Notes under the pieces: model-generated
The model's input: the letters and a program-made list of their open reading frames with translations, nothing else
Database searches by the model: none
What the model was told of the DNA's origin: nothing
Shown: in pieces, positions 30,548 to 39,699 of the stretch
How the letters are laid out: each line of letters begins with the position of its first letter
Numbering within the stretch: position 1 is the stretch's first letter
Assembly (NCBI GenBank): GCA_963740315.1
Contig: CAVUDP010000003.1
Location: 288,001-352,000 of the forward strand
Direction: 5' to 3'
DNA from: an uncultured cyanobacterium
GTDB taxonomy: Bacteria; Cyanobacteriota; Cyanobacteriia; Cyanobacteriales; Nostocaceae
DNA length: 64,000 nt
Translations under genes and position numbers: made by a program

Positions 30548-31153
30548 CTAGACGACAGCCATCGGACGGCTACCAGCAGCGTGACGATCTATCACTTGGT
30601 CAATTAAGCCATAATTTTTGGCTTCATCAGGGGACATAAAGAAATCTCTTTCAGTGTCTTCAGCGATGCGTTCAATGGGTTGCCCCGTGCTTTCAGCTAA
30701 ATATTGATTTAGTTGCTGCTTGTGATAGAGAATCTCTTTCGCTTGAATTTCAATATCGGTTGCTTGTCCTTGTGCCCCACCTAAAGGTTGGTGAATCATA
30801 ATTCGAGAATGAGGTAAACTCATCCGCTTACCTTTAGTGCCAGCAGTAAGTAGGAAAGCACCCATACTAGCAGCGAGTCCGGTGCAAATAGTACAAATGT
30901 CCGGGCGAATATGTCTCATGGTATCAAAAATACCCATGCCAGCAGTTACCGAACCACCAGGAGAGTTGATATACATATAGATATCTTTCTCCGCATCTTC
31001 TGAATCTAACAACAGCAGTTGAGCAACTATTAAGTTAGCTACGTTGCTATCAATAGGTTGACCTAAGAAGATGATGCGATCGCGAAGTAATCTTGAGTAA
31101 ATATCGAAGGCGCGTTCGCCGCGACCCGATTGTTCAATAACGATAGGAATCAT
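30548..31153 (-). CDS. clpP: ATP-dependent Clp protease proteolytic subunit
   Basis: DIYSRLL, YINSPGG, AASMG (catalytic Ser), MIHQP (His), ERD (Asp). Confidence 0.97.
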   Translation of the reverse strand: MIPIVIEQSGRGERAFDIYSRLLRDRIIFLGQPIDSNVANLIVAQLLLLDSEDAEKDIYMYINSPGGSVTAGMGIFDTMRHIRPDICTICTGLAASMGAFLLTAGTKGKRMSLPHSRIMIHQPLGGAQGQATDIEIQAKEILYHKQQLNQYLAESTGQPIERIAEDTERDFFMSPDEAKNYGLIDQVIDRHAAGSRPMAVV

Positions 31154-31333
31154 GCAGGCTAGTTTTAGTTAATTTACATACATTTTATCGATTACTAAGC
31201 GTTTTGTTGTTATCAACAGCACAATCGCCAACAAAATAAATCGTTTTAGTGTGATTATTCTATCTCTAATTAAGTGATAATAGTTACAAAATGTGTATAT
31301 AAAAAAACTTTTTTATGTTAATAATACGGTCTG

Positions 31334-31363
31334 TCCGGATTAAATCATCATTGCAGGTAAAAC
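31334..31363 (+). promoter_or_regulatory. DIF1-like promoter (TCCGGA-N17-GTA) upstream of the small ORF
   Basis: TCCGGA at 31334-31339, GTA at 31357; TCCGGA at -35 is the DIF1 motif of heterocyst-differentiation promoters. Confidence 0.35.
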
Positions 31364-31436
31364 AATAGTACGAGAGGCATATTCGTGAATTATTTGAAAT
31401 AGAAATGCCATTTATTTAGAGCCATAGGAAAAGGTC

Positions 31437-31598
31437 ATGTTGAAAAGATTAGTACAAGCAGCAATTATTACTTTGTTACTTAATTTAATATTCGGATTAA
31501 CCTCGAACACCGACAAAGTTATAATTTCAGAAGTTAAACCTCCTGTAGATACATATTCAGGACCAATTGTGAGCTTACTTGTTCGTTCTTTAAAATAA
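31437..31598 (+). CDS. Small (53 aa) protein with signal-peptide/TM-like N-terminus, not in the ORF track
   Basis: MLKRLVQAAIITLLLNLIFGLTSNTDKVIISEVKPPVDTYSGPIVSLLVRSLK; purine-rich RBS AGGAAAAGG just upstream. Confidence 0.6.
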   Translation: MLKRLVQAAIITLLLNLIFGLTSNTDKVIISEVKPPVDTYSGPIVSLLVRSLK

Positions 31599-31835
31599 AT
31601 TAGAAACAAGTTAGCCAAATTTAGGTAGTCGAGAATAAGATAGTAATCATTAGTATTACGTAGTATTAAAAATCAATACAAATAAGTTAAAAGCTCATTT
31701 TATCGGGTTTTCTGCTTTAAAGGCATCGATCTCGACATATGCTTTATCCTCTAATTAAGCAACTGGATGTGGTTAAAAACAAGCAGTTACCATCAATAGC
31801 CGAAAAGGCGATCGATATTAAATACCCTTCAATCA

Positions 31836-31866
31836 AAAACCTGGTTTTGCAACAAACCGGGTTTTT
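31836..31866. repeat. Palindromic dispersed repeat AAAAACCTGGTTT...AAACCGGGTTTTT
   Basis: Inverted repeat of the same type as 10760 and 22421. Confidence 0.55.
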
Positions 31867-31948
31867 GTATTCTTATAATTCAAAAGCGCATCTTATTAAA
31901 GAGAAGCGATAAACTGGGCTATTATAAGGCTTTTCATATTTTGAAATC

Positions 31949-34021
31949 ATGACTAATCGCCTCGCTTCTGCTCAAAGTCTTTACCTCCGCAAGCACGCTG
32001 AAAATCCGATTGATTGGTGGAATTGGTGCGATGAAGCGCTATCTACAGCTAAATTGCAAAATAAACCCATATTTCTCTCCATTGGTTATTCCAGCTGTCA
32101 CTGGTGTACTGTAATGGAAGGAGAAGCTTTTTCAGATTTAGAAATAGCTGAATATATGAATGCTAATTTTCTTCCGATTAAAGTCGATCGCGAAGAAAGA
32201 CCGGATATTGATAGCATTTATATGCAGTCTTTACAAATGATGAGCGGTCAAGGTGGTTGGCCCCTAAACGTTTTTCTTTCTCCTGATGACTTAGTACCAT
32301 TTTACGCCGGAACCTATTTTCCTCCAGAAGAACGTTACGGTCGTCCCGGATTCTTGCAGGTATTGAAAGCAATCAGGCATTATTACGATACGGAAAAACA
32401 AGACTTACAACAACGTAAAGCAGTTATTTTAGAATCGCTCCTCACCTCTGCGGTATTGCAAACCGAAACGGACGCTCTAAGAGAAGATAATCAATTATTA
32501 AGACAAGGTTGGGAAGTTTTTACCGGAATCATCAAAAACAGGCAGCAGGGTAATAGTTTTCCTACGATCCCCTACGCACAGATGGCTTTGCAAGGAAGTA
32601 GATTTGATTTTACATCGAGATACGATAGTAAACAAGTTTGCACCCAACGAGGATTAGACTTAGCACTCGGCGGAATTTTTGACCATGTAGCAGGTGGTTT
32701 TCATCGTTATACAGTCGATCCCACCTGGACTGTACCCCATTTTGAGAAGATGCTTTACGATAACGGTCAGATAGTCGAATATCTGGCTAACTTGTGGAGC
32801 GCGGGGATCGAACAACCGGCGTTTGAGAGAGCGATCGCCAAAACTGTAAAATGGCTGCAACGAGAAATGACAGCACCTCAAGGTTATTTCTACGCTGCTC
32901 AAGATGCGGATAGTTTTATCACTCAAGAAGATTTGGAACCAGAAGAAGGCGCGTTTTACGTTTGGAGTTACAGCGAGTTAGAACAACTGCTAAATTCAGA
33001 AGAATTAACTCAACTGCAACAAAATTTTACAGTTACACCCAACGGTAACTTTGAAAATCAAAATGTTTTGCAGAGGCGTAACTCAGAAAAATTAAGCGAT
33101 GCCATAGAAGCGATTTTAGAGACATTGTTTGCTGCTCGTTATGGTAATAATAGTGAGGCGATCGAAACTTTTACTCCCGCTCGTAATAACCTTGAAGCAA
33201 AATCAAATAATTGGCAAGGTCGTATTCCAGCAGTTACAGATACTAAAATGATTGTTGCTTGGAATAGCTTAATGATTTCCGGTTTAGCGAGAGCTTATGC
33301 AGTATTCTCCCAACCAGAATACCTCGAACTGGCAACTCAAGCAGCCAAGTTTATCTTAGAGAATCAATTTGTTGATGGAAGATTTCACAGATTGAATTAC
33401 GAAGGAAAGCCTCACTTATTGGCACAATCCGAAGATTACGCTTTGTTTATCAAAGCCTTGTTAGATTTACATCAAGCTTCCTTAAAAACAGATAATCAAT
33501 CCGGATTATGGTTAGAGAAAGCGATTTCCCTCCAAGATGAATTTAACGAATATCTATGGAGTATCGAACTGGGAGGTTACTTCAATACCGCAAATGATGC
33601 CAGCCAAGAATTAATTGTACGAGAACGTAATTATATAGATAGTGCTACACCTTCGGCTAACGGCATCGCTTTATCGAATCTCGTGCGACTTACCTTAGTA
33701 ACAGATAATCTTCAATATTTAAATTTAGCAGAACAGGGATTAAAAGCGTTTCGCAGCGTCATGAATAACGCAACCCAAGCTTGTCCCAGTTTGTTTGTAG
33801 CCTTAGATTGGTATCGGAACTGTACCTTAATTCGTACCGAAAAACAGCGGATAAACTCGCTAATATCTAAGTTCTTACCCGTTGCAATGTTTGTCGAACA
33901 ATCCGATTTACCACAGAATAGCATCGGCTTAGTTTGCCAAGGATTAAAATGTCTAGCACCCGCCCAGAGTGAGGAGAAATTATTGGAGCAAGTAGTTTCT
34001 AGTTACACCAGAGGAGATTAG
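31949..34021 (+). CDS. Thioredoxin-domain protein, YyaL/DUF255 (SSP411-like)
   Basis: NRLA..SLYLRKHAENPIDW, CHWC, DREERPDID, GGWP, HFEKMLYDN, DADS...EGAFY. Confidence 0.93.
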   Translation: MTNRLASAQSLYLRKHAENPIDWWNWCDEALSTAKLQNKPIFLSIGYSSCHWCTVMEGEAFSDLEIAEYMNANFLPIKVDREERPDIDSIYMQSLQMMSGQGGWPLNVFLSPDDLVPFYAGTYFPPEERYGRPGFLQVLKAIRHYYDTEKQDLQQRKAVILESLLTSAVLQTETDALREDNQLLRQGWEVFTGIIKNRQQGNSFPTIPYAQMALQGSRFDFTSRYDSKQVCTQRGLDLALGGIFDHVAGGFHRYTVDPTWTVPHFEKMLYDNGQIVEYLANLWSAGIEQPAFERAIAKTVKWLQREMTAPQGYFYAAQDADSFITQEDLEPEEGAFYVWSYSELEQLLNSEELTQLQQNFTVTPNGNFENQNVLQRRNSEKLSDAIEAILETLFAARYGNNSEAIETFTPARNNLEAKSNNWQGRIPAVTDTKMIVAWNSLMISGLARAYAVFSQPEYLELATQAAKFILENQFVDGRFHRLNYEGKPHLLAQSEDYALFIKALLDLHQASLKTDNQSGLWLEKAISLQDEFNEYLWSIELGGYFNTANDASQELIVRERNYIDSATPSANGIALSNLVRLTLVTDNLQYLNLAEQGLKAFRSVMNNATQACPSLFVALDWYRNCTLIRTEKQRINSLISKFLPVAMFVEQSDLPQNSIGLVCQGLKCLAPAQSEEKLLEQVVSSYTRGD

Positions 34022-34157
34022 GGGATGGGGGGATGGGGGGATGGGGGGATGGGGAGATGGGGAGAGACAGGGAAGCGGACAAGGAGAAATATAATTATCA
34101 ACTCCTCACTCCTAACTCCTCACTCCTAACTCCTAACTCCTCACCCCTAACTCCCAA
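34021..34157. repeat. STRR repeats (GGGGGGAT; ACTCCTC/ACTCCTA)
   Basis: Directly visible. Confidence 0.85.
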
Positions 34158-34210
34158 TACAAAATCTAAAACAAAAGCATCCGTTGTTAAAATCTAAAAT
34201 CCTTTGACCT

Positions 34211-34238
34211 TTGACACCCGTCCCCCCTAACCTATAAT
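34211..34238 (+). promoter_or_regulatory. Consensus sigma70-type promoter for ilvH
   Basis: TTGACA (34211-34216), 16-bp spacer, TATAAT (34233-34238), ~100 bp upstream of the ATG. Confidence 0.6.
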
Positions 34239-34269
34239 CTAACTGAATAACTATTAACTATTAACTAGT

Positions 34270-34337
34270 TGCTGGTAACTGGTAACTGATTACTGGTAAC
34301 TGATTACTGATTACTGATTACTGATTACTGCTCACTG
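34270..34337. repeat. STRR heptamers (ACTGGTA/ACTGATT) in the ilvH leader
   Basis: Directly visible. Confidence 0.85.
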
Positions 34338-34856
34338 ATGAAACATACGCTTTCAGTACTTGTAGAAGATGAAGCGGGAGTTCTCTCGCGAATTTCTAGT
34401 TTATTTGCTCGTCGCGGCTTTAATATTGAAAGTTTGGCGGTTGGTCCTGCCGAACAATCGGGTATTTCTCGAATTACAATGGTTGTAGCTGGTGATGACC
34501 GTGTAATCGAACAACTTACTAAGCAACTATATAAGTTAATCAATGTTCTTAAAGTCCAGGACATTACTGAAATCCCTTGTGTCGAACGAGAATTAATGTT
34601 GATTAAAGTGAATGCTACCAGCATTAATCGTTCGGAAATTGTCGAATTAGCGACTATTTTTAGAGCGCGGGTGGTAGATGTTGCCGAAGATTCCTTAACT
34701 GTGGAAGTCGTCGGAGATCCAGGAAAAATAGTCGCGATCGGACAGGTACTGCAAAAATTTGGCTTGCGAGAAATTGCCCGTACCGGAAGAATTGCACTAA
34801 CTCGCGAGTCTGGTGTGAATACCGAATGGCTCAAGACTTTGCAAGCGAAAGTGTAG
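34338..34856 (+). CDS. ilvH: Acetolactate synthase small (regulatory) subunit
   Basis: ACT domain [44 protein letters not shown]. Confidence 0.95.
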   Translation: MKHTLSVLVEDEAGVLSRISSLFARRGFNIESLAVGPAEQSGISRITMVVAGDDRVIEQLTKQLYKLINVLKVQDITEIPCVERELMLIKVNATSINRSEIVELATIFRARVVDVAEDSLTVEVVGDPGKIVAIGQVLQKFGLREIARTGRIALTRESGVNTEWLKTLQAKV

Positions 34857-34924
34857 ATGTGAGTAGTGCGGGCTAGAAGCTCGCTATTCTTCTCTAAGTA
34901 ATTGTCCAAAATTAAGCATTTCGT

Positions 34925-35093
34925 CTAGTACCATACGGCTTAAATAGCGTACCCATTTTTTTTATGCACGGAAGTCGGGTTTTTAGAATACGTATCTGTA
35001 ATACATTACAAATTTTCTAAAAACCCGACTTCTAAACCGCAGCGTCGCATTTCTTCTTGTGGTTCAGAAGTCCGTTTATTATATGGGTACTAG
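34925..35093. mobile_element. Putative MITE with CTAGTACC termini and an internal hairpin
   Basis: CTAGTACCATA ... TATGGGTACTAG terminal inverted repeat; internal GAAGTCGGGTTTTTAGAA/TTCTAAAAACCCGACTTC. Confidence 0.5.
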
Positions 35094-35291
35094 GTAGGGA
35101 AATAGGGAACGTTTATATAAGCTAGCAGTAAATATATTTTGAATGCGGGCTTGAATACTTATCAATATCCTCGCCCAGATAAACAAATAGCGATTCCCGT
35201 CCATCCGAACAACTTTAAATGATTACCTAATTTTCCCATCCCTCAATGCCTTATACTTAATAAAAATTATTTGTAAATTTACCAAAACATC

Positions 35292-35311
35292 AAATTAATG
35301 CCAAATTGGCA
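35292..35311. promoter_or_regulatory. Candidate operator AAATTAATGCCAAATTGGCA upstream of the EPS cluster
   Basis: Palindrome TGCCAAATTGGCA; 19/20 match at 47440-47459; followed by TTGACT-N16-TATTAT. Confidence 0.5.
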
Positions 35312-35552
35312 TGACTTGACTGAAAAAAACTGATAAATATTATATAGAGAAAGAAAAAACAGCTAAATTAGCTACAGTAAGGATTATTTTATTTATTGCT
35401 TGTCTGATTTTTGATGCTGTTTATGAGGAATATCAATATCTACATTAATAATAACCGCTAACTAAATTACGGTTGTTAGAATGTTGATTTTTATAAAACA
35501 ATTTTTTGGTGCAAAATGGCAATGTAAAAAAAGCTAGTGCGTTGCGCGATAC

Positions 35553-35622
35553 GTTTAGTTGGCGGTGAAACACTTGCGGTAGACGGGTTCCCCGGTATAA
35601 GCCTTCGTGTTGAACCCAGAGG
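35553..35622. repeat. Structured SDR-like dispersed repeat
   Basis: CGGTGAAAC...GCGGTAGACGGGTTCCCCGG...GAACCCAGAGG; termini match the reverse complement of 12432-12490. Confidence 0.5.
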
Positions 35623-36086
35623 CTGTGTTTTTAACTTTGTATAACTTCGTTTGATGTTAGCAATGCATTGTGGCAAGCTTGGAAATTCCCAAGTTGAATG
35701 CTAAAGAAACTAGATGACATAAGAATTAGTCGGAACATTCTATTTAAGATAATAAGTGGTTGTAGGTGCTTTCAACTTAGTGCATGAAAGTGCTGGTTTA
35801 TTTTGATGTTTAATCGTAGTAAATTCTTAGGAGAGAGAATGTGTCTACCCGATTGAATTAAGAGTTGTTAGATATTTGATAGAACCTATTTTTTTGAAGC
35901 GATCGTGCTTTTGAGGTAAATTTCAGTGGAATAATTAAATCAATTAGCTTTCTTAGTTGCCGCTTAAATATTATCTTTCTCTATCGACGATCGTTAGATA
36001 GGGTTGATTTGGTGATGCGTGCAAATAACTGATTTTTATATCCAAAGGTATGGTTGTGGCAAATTTCCCAGGAGGTATTCATAGCT

Positions 36087-38150
36087 ATGAATGGTTTATT
36101 CATGGTTTCTCATTGGCTGCTTGATAAATCAACAAAAGTTTTATTTCAGAACCTGTTGAAGCTGAGAAACCGTCATTTATTAATTTTCGATATTATTGTT
36201 TTCGCCATCACGCCGCTTTTAGCGCTGATACTGCGTAAGGACGGTGATTTAGCTCTTCAACCATACTTGTCCGATTTAGTAACGGCAACATTACTTTTTT
36301 TAATAGTTAAGATCGGTGTATTTTTCAGTTTTGGTTTTTATCGCCGTTACTGGCGTTATGCCGGTGTCGAAGAATTGACTTATGTCGCCATGTTGATAGT
36401 GGCTGCGGTGGTAATCCAAATTCTGCTATTTGATGTTGTCGATTTTACTCTGCCTTGGGCTGTAGATAGACTGCCGCGATCGCTACCATTTCTCGATGGA
36501 TTGCTATCAATAATTTTTATTGGTGCATTGCGTTTTAGCGTTCGAGTTGTTGAGAGAACCAGACATTCGCGTATAGCTTTTAATCCAGACTTTCATCAGC
36601 AAGGAGAACGAGTACTTATAATAGGTGCGGGAAGTGCCGGGGTAAGCCTCGTGCAGGAAATGCAAACAGCCCGTCGTCATTTGGGTTTTTGCCCCGTAGC
36701 CTTTATTGATGATGATAGAAGCAAGTTAAACGCACGCATTCGCGGAATCCATGTAGTTGGCGATCGCCATGCAATTCCTGATGTTTTAGAACCGTTGAGG
36801 GTGGATAAGGTAATTATTGCCATGCCATCGGTGAGCGGGGAAGTAATTCGAGAAATCGTCGATATTTGTAAATCTGCTGGAATACAAGCCTGTACCTTAC
36901 CGGGGATACATGAAATACTCAACGGTAAAGTCACCTTAAACAGCATTAGAGATGTAAGAATTGAGGATTTACTCAGACGCGAACCCGTACAAACAGAGAT
37001 TGAAAAAGTTGCTGAATTTATCAATGGAAAAAGAGTCTTAATTACAGGTGCGGGTGGTTCGATTGGTAGCGAACTTTGCCGTCAAATTTGCTCTTGTCAT
37101 CCGAAAGAAATTATGTTGGTGGGACATGGCGAAAATTCTGTTTTTAATATTCAACAAGAATTGAATCAGTTCGTACAAGTCTTAAATGAAAGTAGAAGTA
37201 CGGGACATGCGACTAGGATTCATGCATTTATTGCCGATATCCGCTTTAAAGATAGACTCAGAAACGCTTTTGATAAATTTCAGCCAGACGCTATTTTCCA
37301 TGCAGCAGCACACAAACACGTTCCGTTGATGGAAATGAATTCTCCAGAAGCAATTACCAACAACGTCATAGGTACTAAAAATTTAGTAGAAGAAGCATTG
37401 CGGTGCAATGTCAAGCACTTCGTAATGATTTCCACCGATAAAGCGGTTAATCCCACCAACATCATGGGTGCCAGTAAGAGAGTTGCGGAAATGGTGGTAC
37501 TGCAAGCGGCGAAACAAAGCGGTAAATCTTACCTTGTAGTACGCTTTGGTAACGTTTTGGGCAGTCGCGGTAGCGTAGTTCCTACTTTTAAAAAGCAAAT
37601 TGCCGCAGGTGGTCCGATAACGGTAACTCATCCAGATATCTGTCGTTACTTTATGACTATTCCCGAAGCAGTGCAGCTAGTTTTACAAGCAGCAGTTTTG
37701 GGTAGAGGCGGAGAAGTATTGATGCTCAACATGGGGGAGCCTGTAAAAATTGTCGATTTAGCCTCAGAGTTAATCCGGCTTTCCGGATACAGAGTAAATC
37801 AGGATATAGACATTGTTTTTACAGGCTTGCGACCGGGAGAGAAACTGTTTGAAGAGTTGTTTATAGAAGGAGAAGAATACGATCCAACCGAACATGAAAA
37901 ACTGTTTATGGTGAAGAATTCGAGCCGATTTATACCGAATACTTTGAATGTTTCCGTAGAAGCACTTCGTCAGGCAGCGGATAAAAATGATACGAATGCA
38001 ATCATCTTTTTGTTAGAGCAATTAGTGCCCGGTTATAAGCCTAAGTATTTGAATGATTGGGGGGAAAGAGAGACTTTGACTAATAGTAATTCTGCTGTAG
38101 ATCGGATGAATGAAAGTAGCCAGAGAAAGGTTGAACCGAAAAGTGCGTAA
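36087..38150 (+). CDS. Membrane-bound nucleoside-diphosphate sugar 4,6-dehydratase (CapD/PglF/WbpM family)
   Basis: N-terminal TMs; GAGSAG; TGAGGSIGSEL; HAAAHKHVP; STDKAVNP; RFGNVLGSRGSV; GLRPGEKL; RBS AGGAGG before the ATG at 36087. Confidence 0.93.
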   Translation: MNGLFMVSHWLLDKSTKVLFQNLLKLRNRHLLIFDIIVFAITPLLALILRKDGDLALQPYLSDLVTATLLFLIVKIGVFFSFGFYRRYWRYAGVEELTYVAMLIVAAVVIQILLFDVVDFTLPWAVDRLPRSLPFLDGLLSIIFIGALRFSVRVVERTRHSRIAFNPDFHQQGERVLIIGAGSAGVSLVQEMQTARRHLGFCPVAFIDDDRSKLNARIRGIHVVGDRHAIPDVLEPLRVDKVIIAMPSVSGEVIREIVDICKSAGIQACTLPGIHEILNGKVTLNSIRDVRIEDLLRREPVQTEIEKVAEFINGKRVLITGAGGSIGSELCRQICSCHPKEIMLVGHGENSVFNIQQELNQFVQVLNESRSTGHATRIHAFIADIRFKDRLRNAFDKFQPDAIFHAAAHKHVPLMEMNSPEAITNNVIGTKNLVEEALRCNVKHFVMISTDKAVNPTNIMGASKRVAEMVVLQAAKQSGKSYLVVRFGNVLGSRGSVVPTFKKQIAAGGPITVTHPDICRYFMTIPEAVQLVLQAAVLGRGGEVLMLNMGEPVKIVDLASELIRLSGYRVNQDIDIVFTGLRPGEKLFEELFIEGEEYDPTEHEKLFMVKNSSRFIPNTLNVSVEALRQAADKNDTNAIIFLLEQLVPGYKPKYLNDWGERETLTNSNSAVDRMNESSQRKVEPKSA

Positions 38151-38237
38151 ATCTTTTGGAGGAAGAAAAAACAACTAATTCTGTGATAATAGTATGTTTG
38201 TAAAAGTTTACATTCACGGGATGTTTTTTCTAAAAGT

Positions 38238-39680
38238 ATGAAAATGAGCTTCAAAAAGTGCGTCAGTAGTTTATCTTTAATTGCGATTACTGGTATGGCT
38301 TATGGATGTCGGATTATGCCTTTAAATGCTTCTACAGTAGAGACTTCTTATTCCGAAAGTTTTGAGAATTTTCCTAATCCGGAAAGGGGATTTTATTTTC
38401 CGTTTAATCCAGAACCATATAGAGCTTTTTCTCCTTTAGAGCTATCTGATTTAGAAAAATATAGAAATGAAAATATTAGTTTAGTTCGTAGGTTTTATCT
38501 AATACCCGATCGATTAGCACCGCTACCTGAGTCTTTTCTAGATTTGGTATCGCAAGATTTGCAAACAGCCAGAGAGGGGGGAGTAAAGCTAATTATTCGC
38601 TTTACCTACAATTGGATCGGAGGTGGTGAAGATGCTTCAAAAGATATAATCCTTTCTCATGTGGAACAATTAGAACCTATATTTCGGGAAAACTACGATG
38701 CTATTGCATACCTTCAGGCAGGTTTTATCGGATATTGGGGAGAGTGGAATCGTTCGACAAATGGTTTACTGAACACTACAGATAAGAGAGATATCTTGTT
38801 TAAATTATTATCTGTAGTTCCATCTGAAAGAATGGTAGCTTTACGTTATCCCCACGATAAAACTCGTATTTACGATAATGAGAATCCGCTGACTTCTTCT
38901 GAAGCGTTTAGTGGCAGTAAGCGTTCTAGAACTGGTGCGGTAAACCAGTGTTTTTTAGCTAGTACAGACGATTGGGGTACTTATAAAAGTACAGATGCAA
39001 GTACTATCGAAGCACAAAAAACATTTCTAAGTCAGGATAATCAATATGTTGTACAAGGAGGCGAAACCTGCAACTCTGATAGCGAAGCCCAACCGTATAT
39101 AGGTTGCGACAATGCTTTAAAAGAATTAGAGCGAATGCATTGGAGTGATTTGAATTCTCGCTTTGAGAAAGGTGCATTGAATACTTGGGAAAACCAAGGT
39201 TGTATGGAGGAGATAAAACGCCGTTTAGGCTATCGATTCAAGCTTGTAAATTCAGAGATTTCTGACAATTTAAAACCGGGTGGAAAGTTTTTTGCCAAGT
39301 TTGAAGTAGAGAATGATGGTTGGGCTAGCCCATACAATCCGCGTTTATTAGAAGTCATTTTACGGAATCCTGAAACGAACCAAGAATATTATTTGCGGGT
39401 GAATGAAGATCCCCGGATGTGGTTGCCTGGTAGCAGCAATATTGTAAATGTAGAAGCTGGTTTACCTAAAAGTATTACTCCTGGAAAATATGATGTATCA
39501 ATAAATCTTCCAAATCCTGCACCTAGATTGTATAATCGCCCGAAATATTCAATTAGGCTAGCAAATGTAGATGTTTGGCAAGAGTCTACAGGATATAACT
39601 CCTTATTAAGGAGTCTGGTAGTAGATGAAAATGCACAGGGAGAAGAATATTCTGGTAACAATTATTTTCAATCACGTTAA
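38238..39680 (+). CDS. Secreted DUF4874/DUF4832-type putative glycoside hydrolase
   Basis: Signal/lipobox-like N-terminus; NPERGFY, GFIGYWGEW, GGETC, RRLGYRF, YSIRLAN motifs. Confidence 0.75.
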   Translation: MKMSFKKCVSSLSLIAITGMAYGCRIMPLNASTVETSYSESFENFPNPERGFYFPFNPEPYRAFSPLELSDLEKYRNENISLVRRFYLIPDRLAPLPESFLDLVSQDLQTAREGGVKLIIRFTYNWIGGGEDASKDIILSHVEQLEPIFRENYDAIAYLQAGFIGYWGEWNRSTNGLLNTTDKRDILFKLLSVVPSERMVALRYPHDKTRIYDNENPLTSSEAFSGSKRSRTGAVNQCFLASTDDWGTYKSTDASTIEAQKTFLSQDNQYVVQGGETCNSDSEAQPYIGCDNALKELERMHWSDLNSRFEKGALNTWENQGCMEEIKRRLGYRFKLVNSEISDNLKPGGKFFAKFEVENDGWASPYNPRLLEVILRNPETNQEYYLRVNEDPRMWLPGSSNIVNVEAGLPKSITPGKYDVSINLPNPAPRLYNRPKYSIRLANVDVWQESTGYNSLLRSLVVDENAQGEEYSGNNYFQSR

Positions 39681-39699
39681 TTAATTTCCCAAGTCAATC

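Noticed and set aside
34325..34909. 194-aa ORF on the minus strand
   Set aside because: Antisense to the clearly recognisable ilvH.
34992..35010. NtcA-like site in GTATCTGTAATACATTAC
   Set aside because: Spacing is GTA-N7-TAC or GTA-N6-TAC rather than N8, and it lies in the loop of a repeat element.
35574..35590. ops/JUMPstart-like GCGGTAG upstream of the EPS cluster
   Set aside because: Better explained as part of the dispersed structured repeat; the match to GGCGGTAGnnT is incomplete.
35491..35676. 61-aa minus-strand ORF in the EPS leader
   Set aside because: TTG start, runs through a dispersed repeat, and has no protein-like features.
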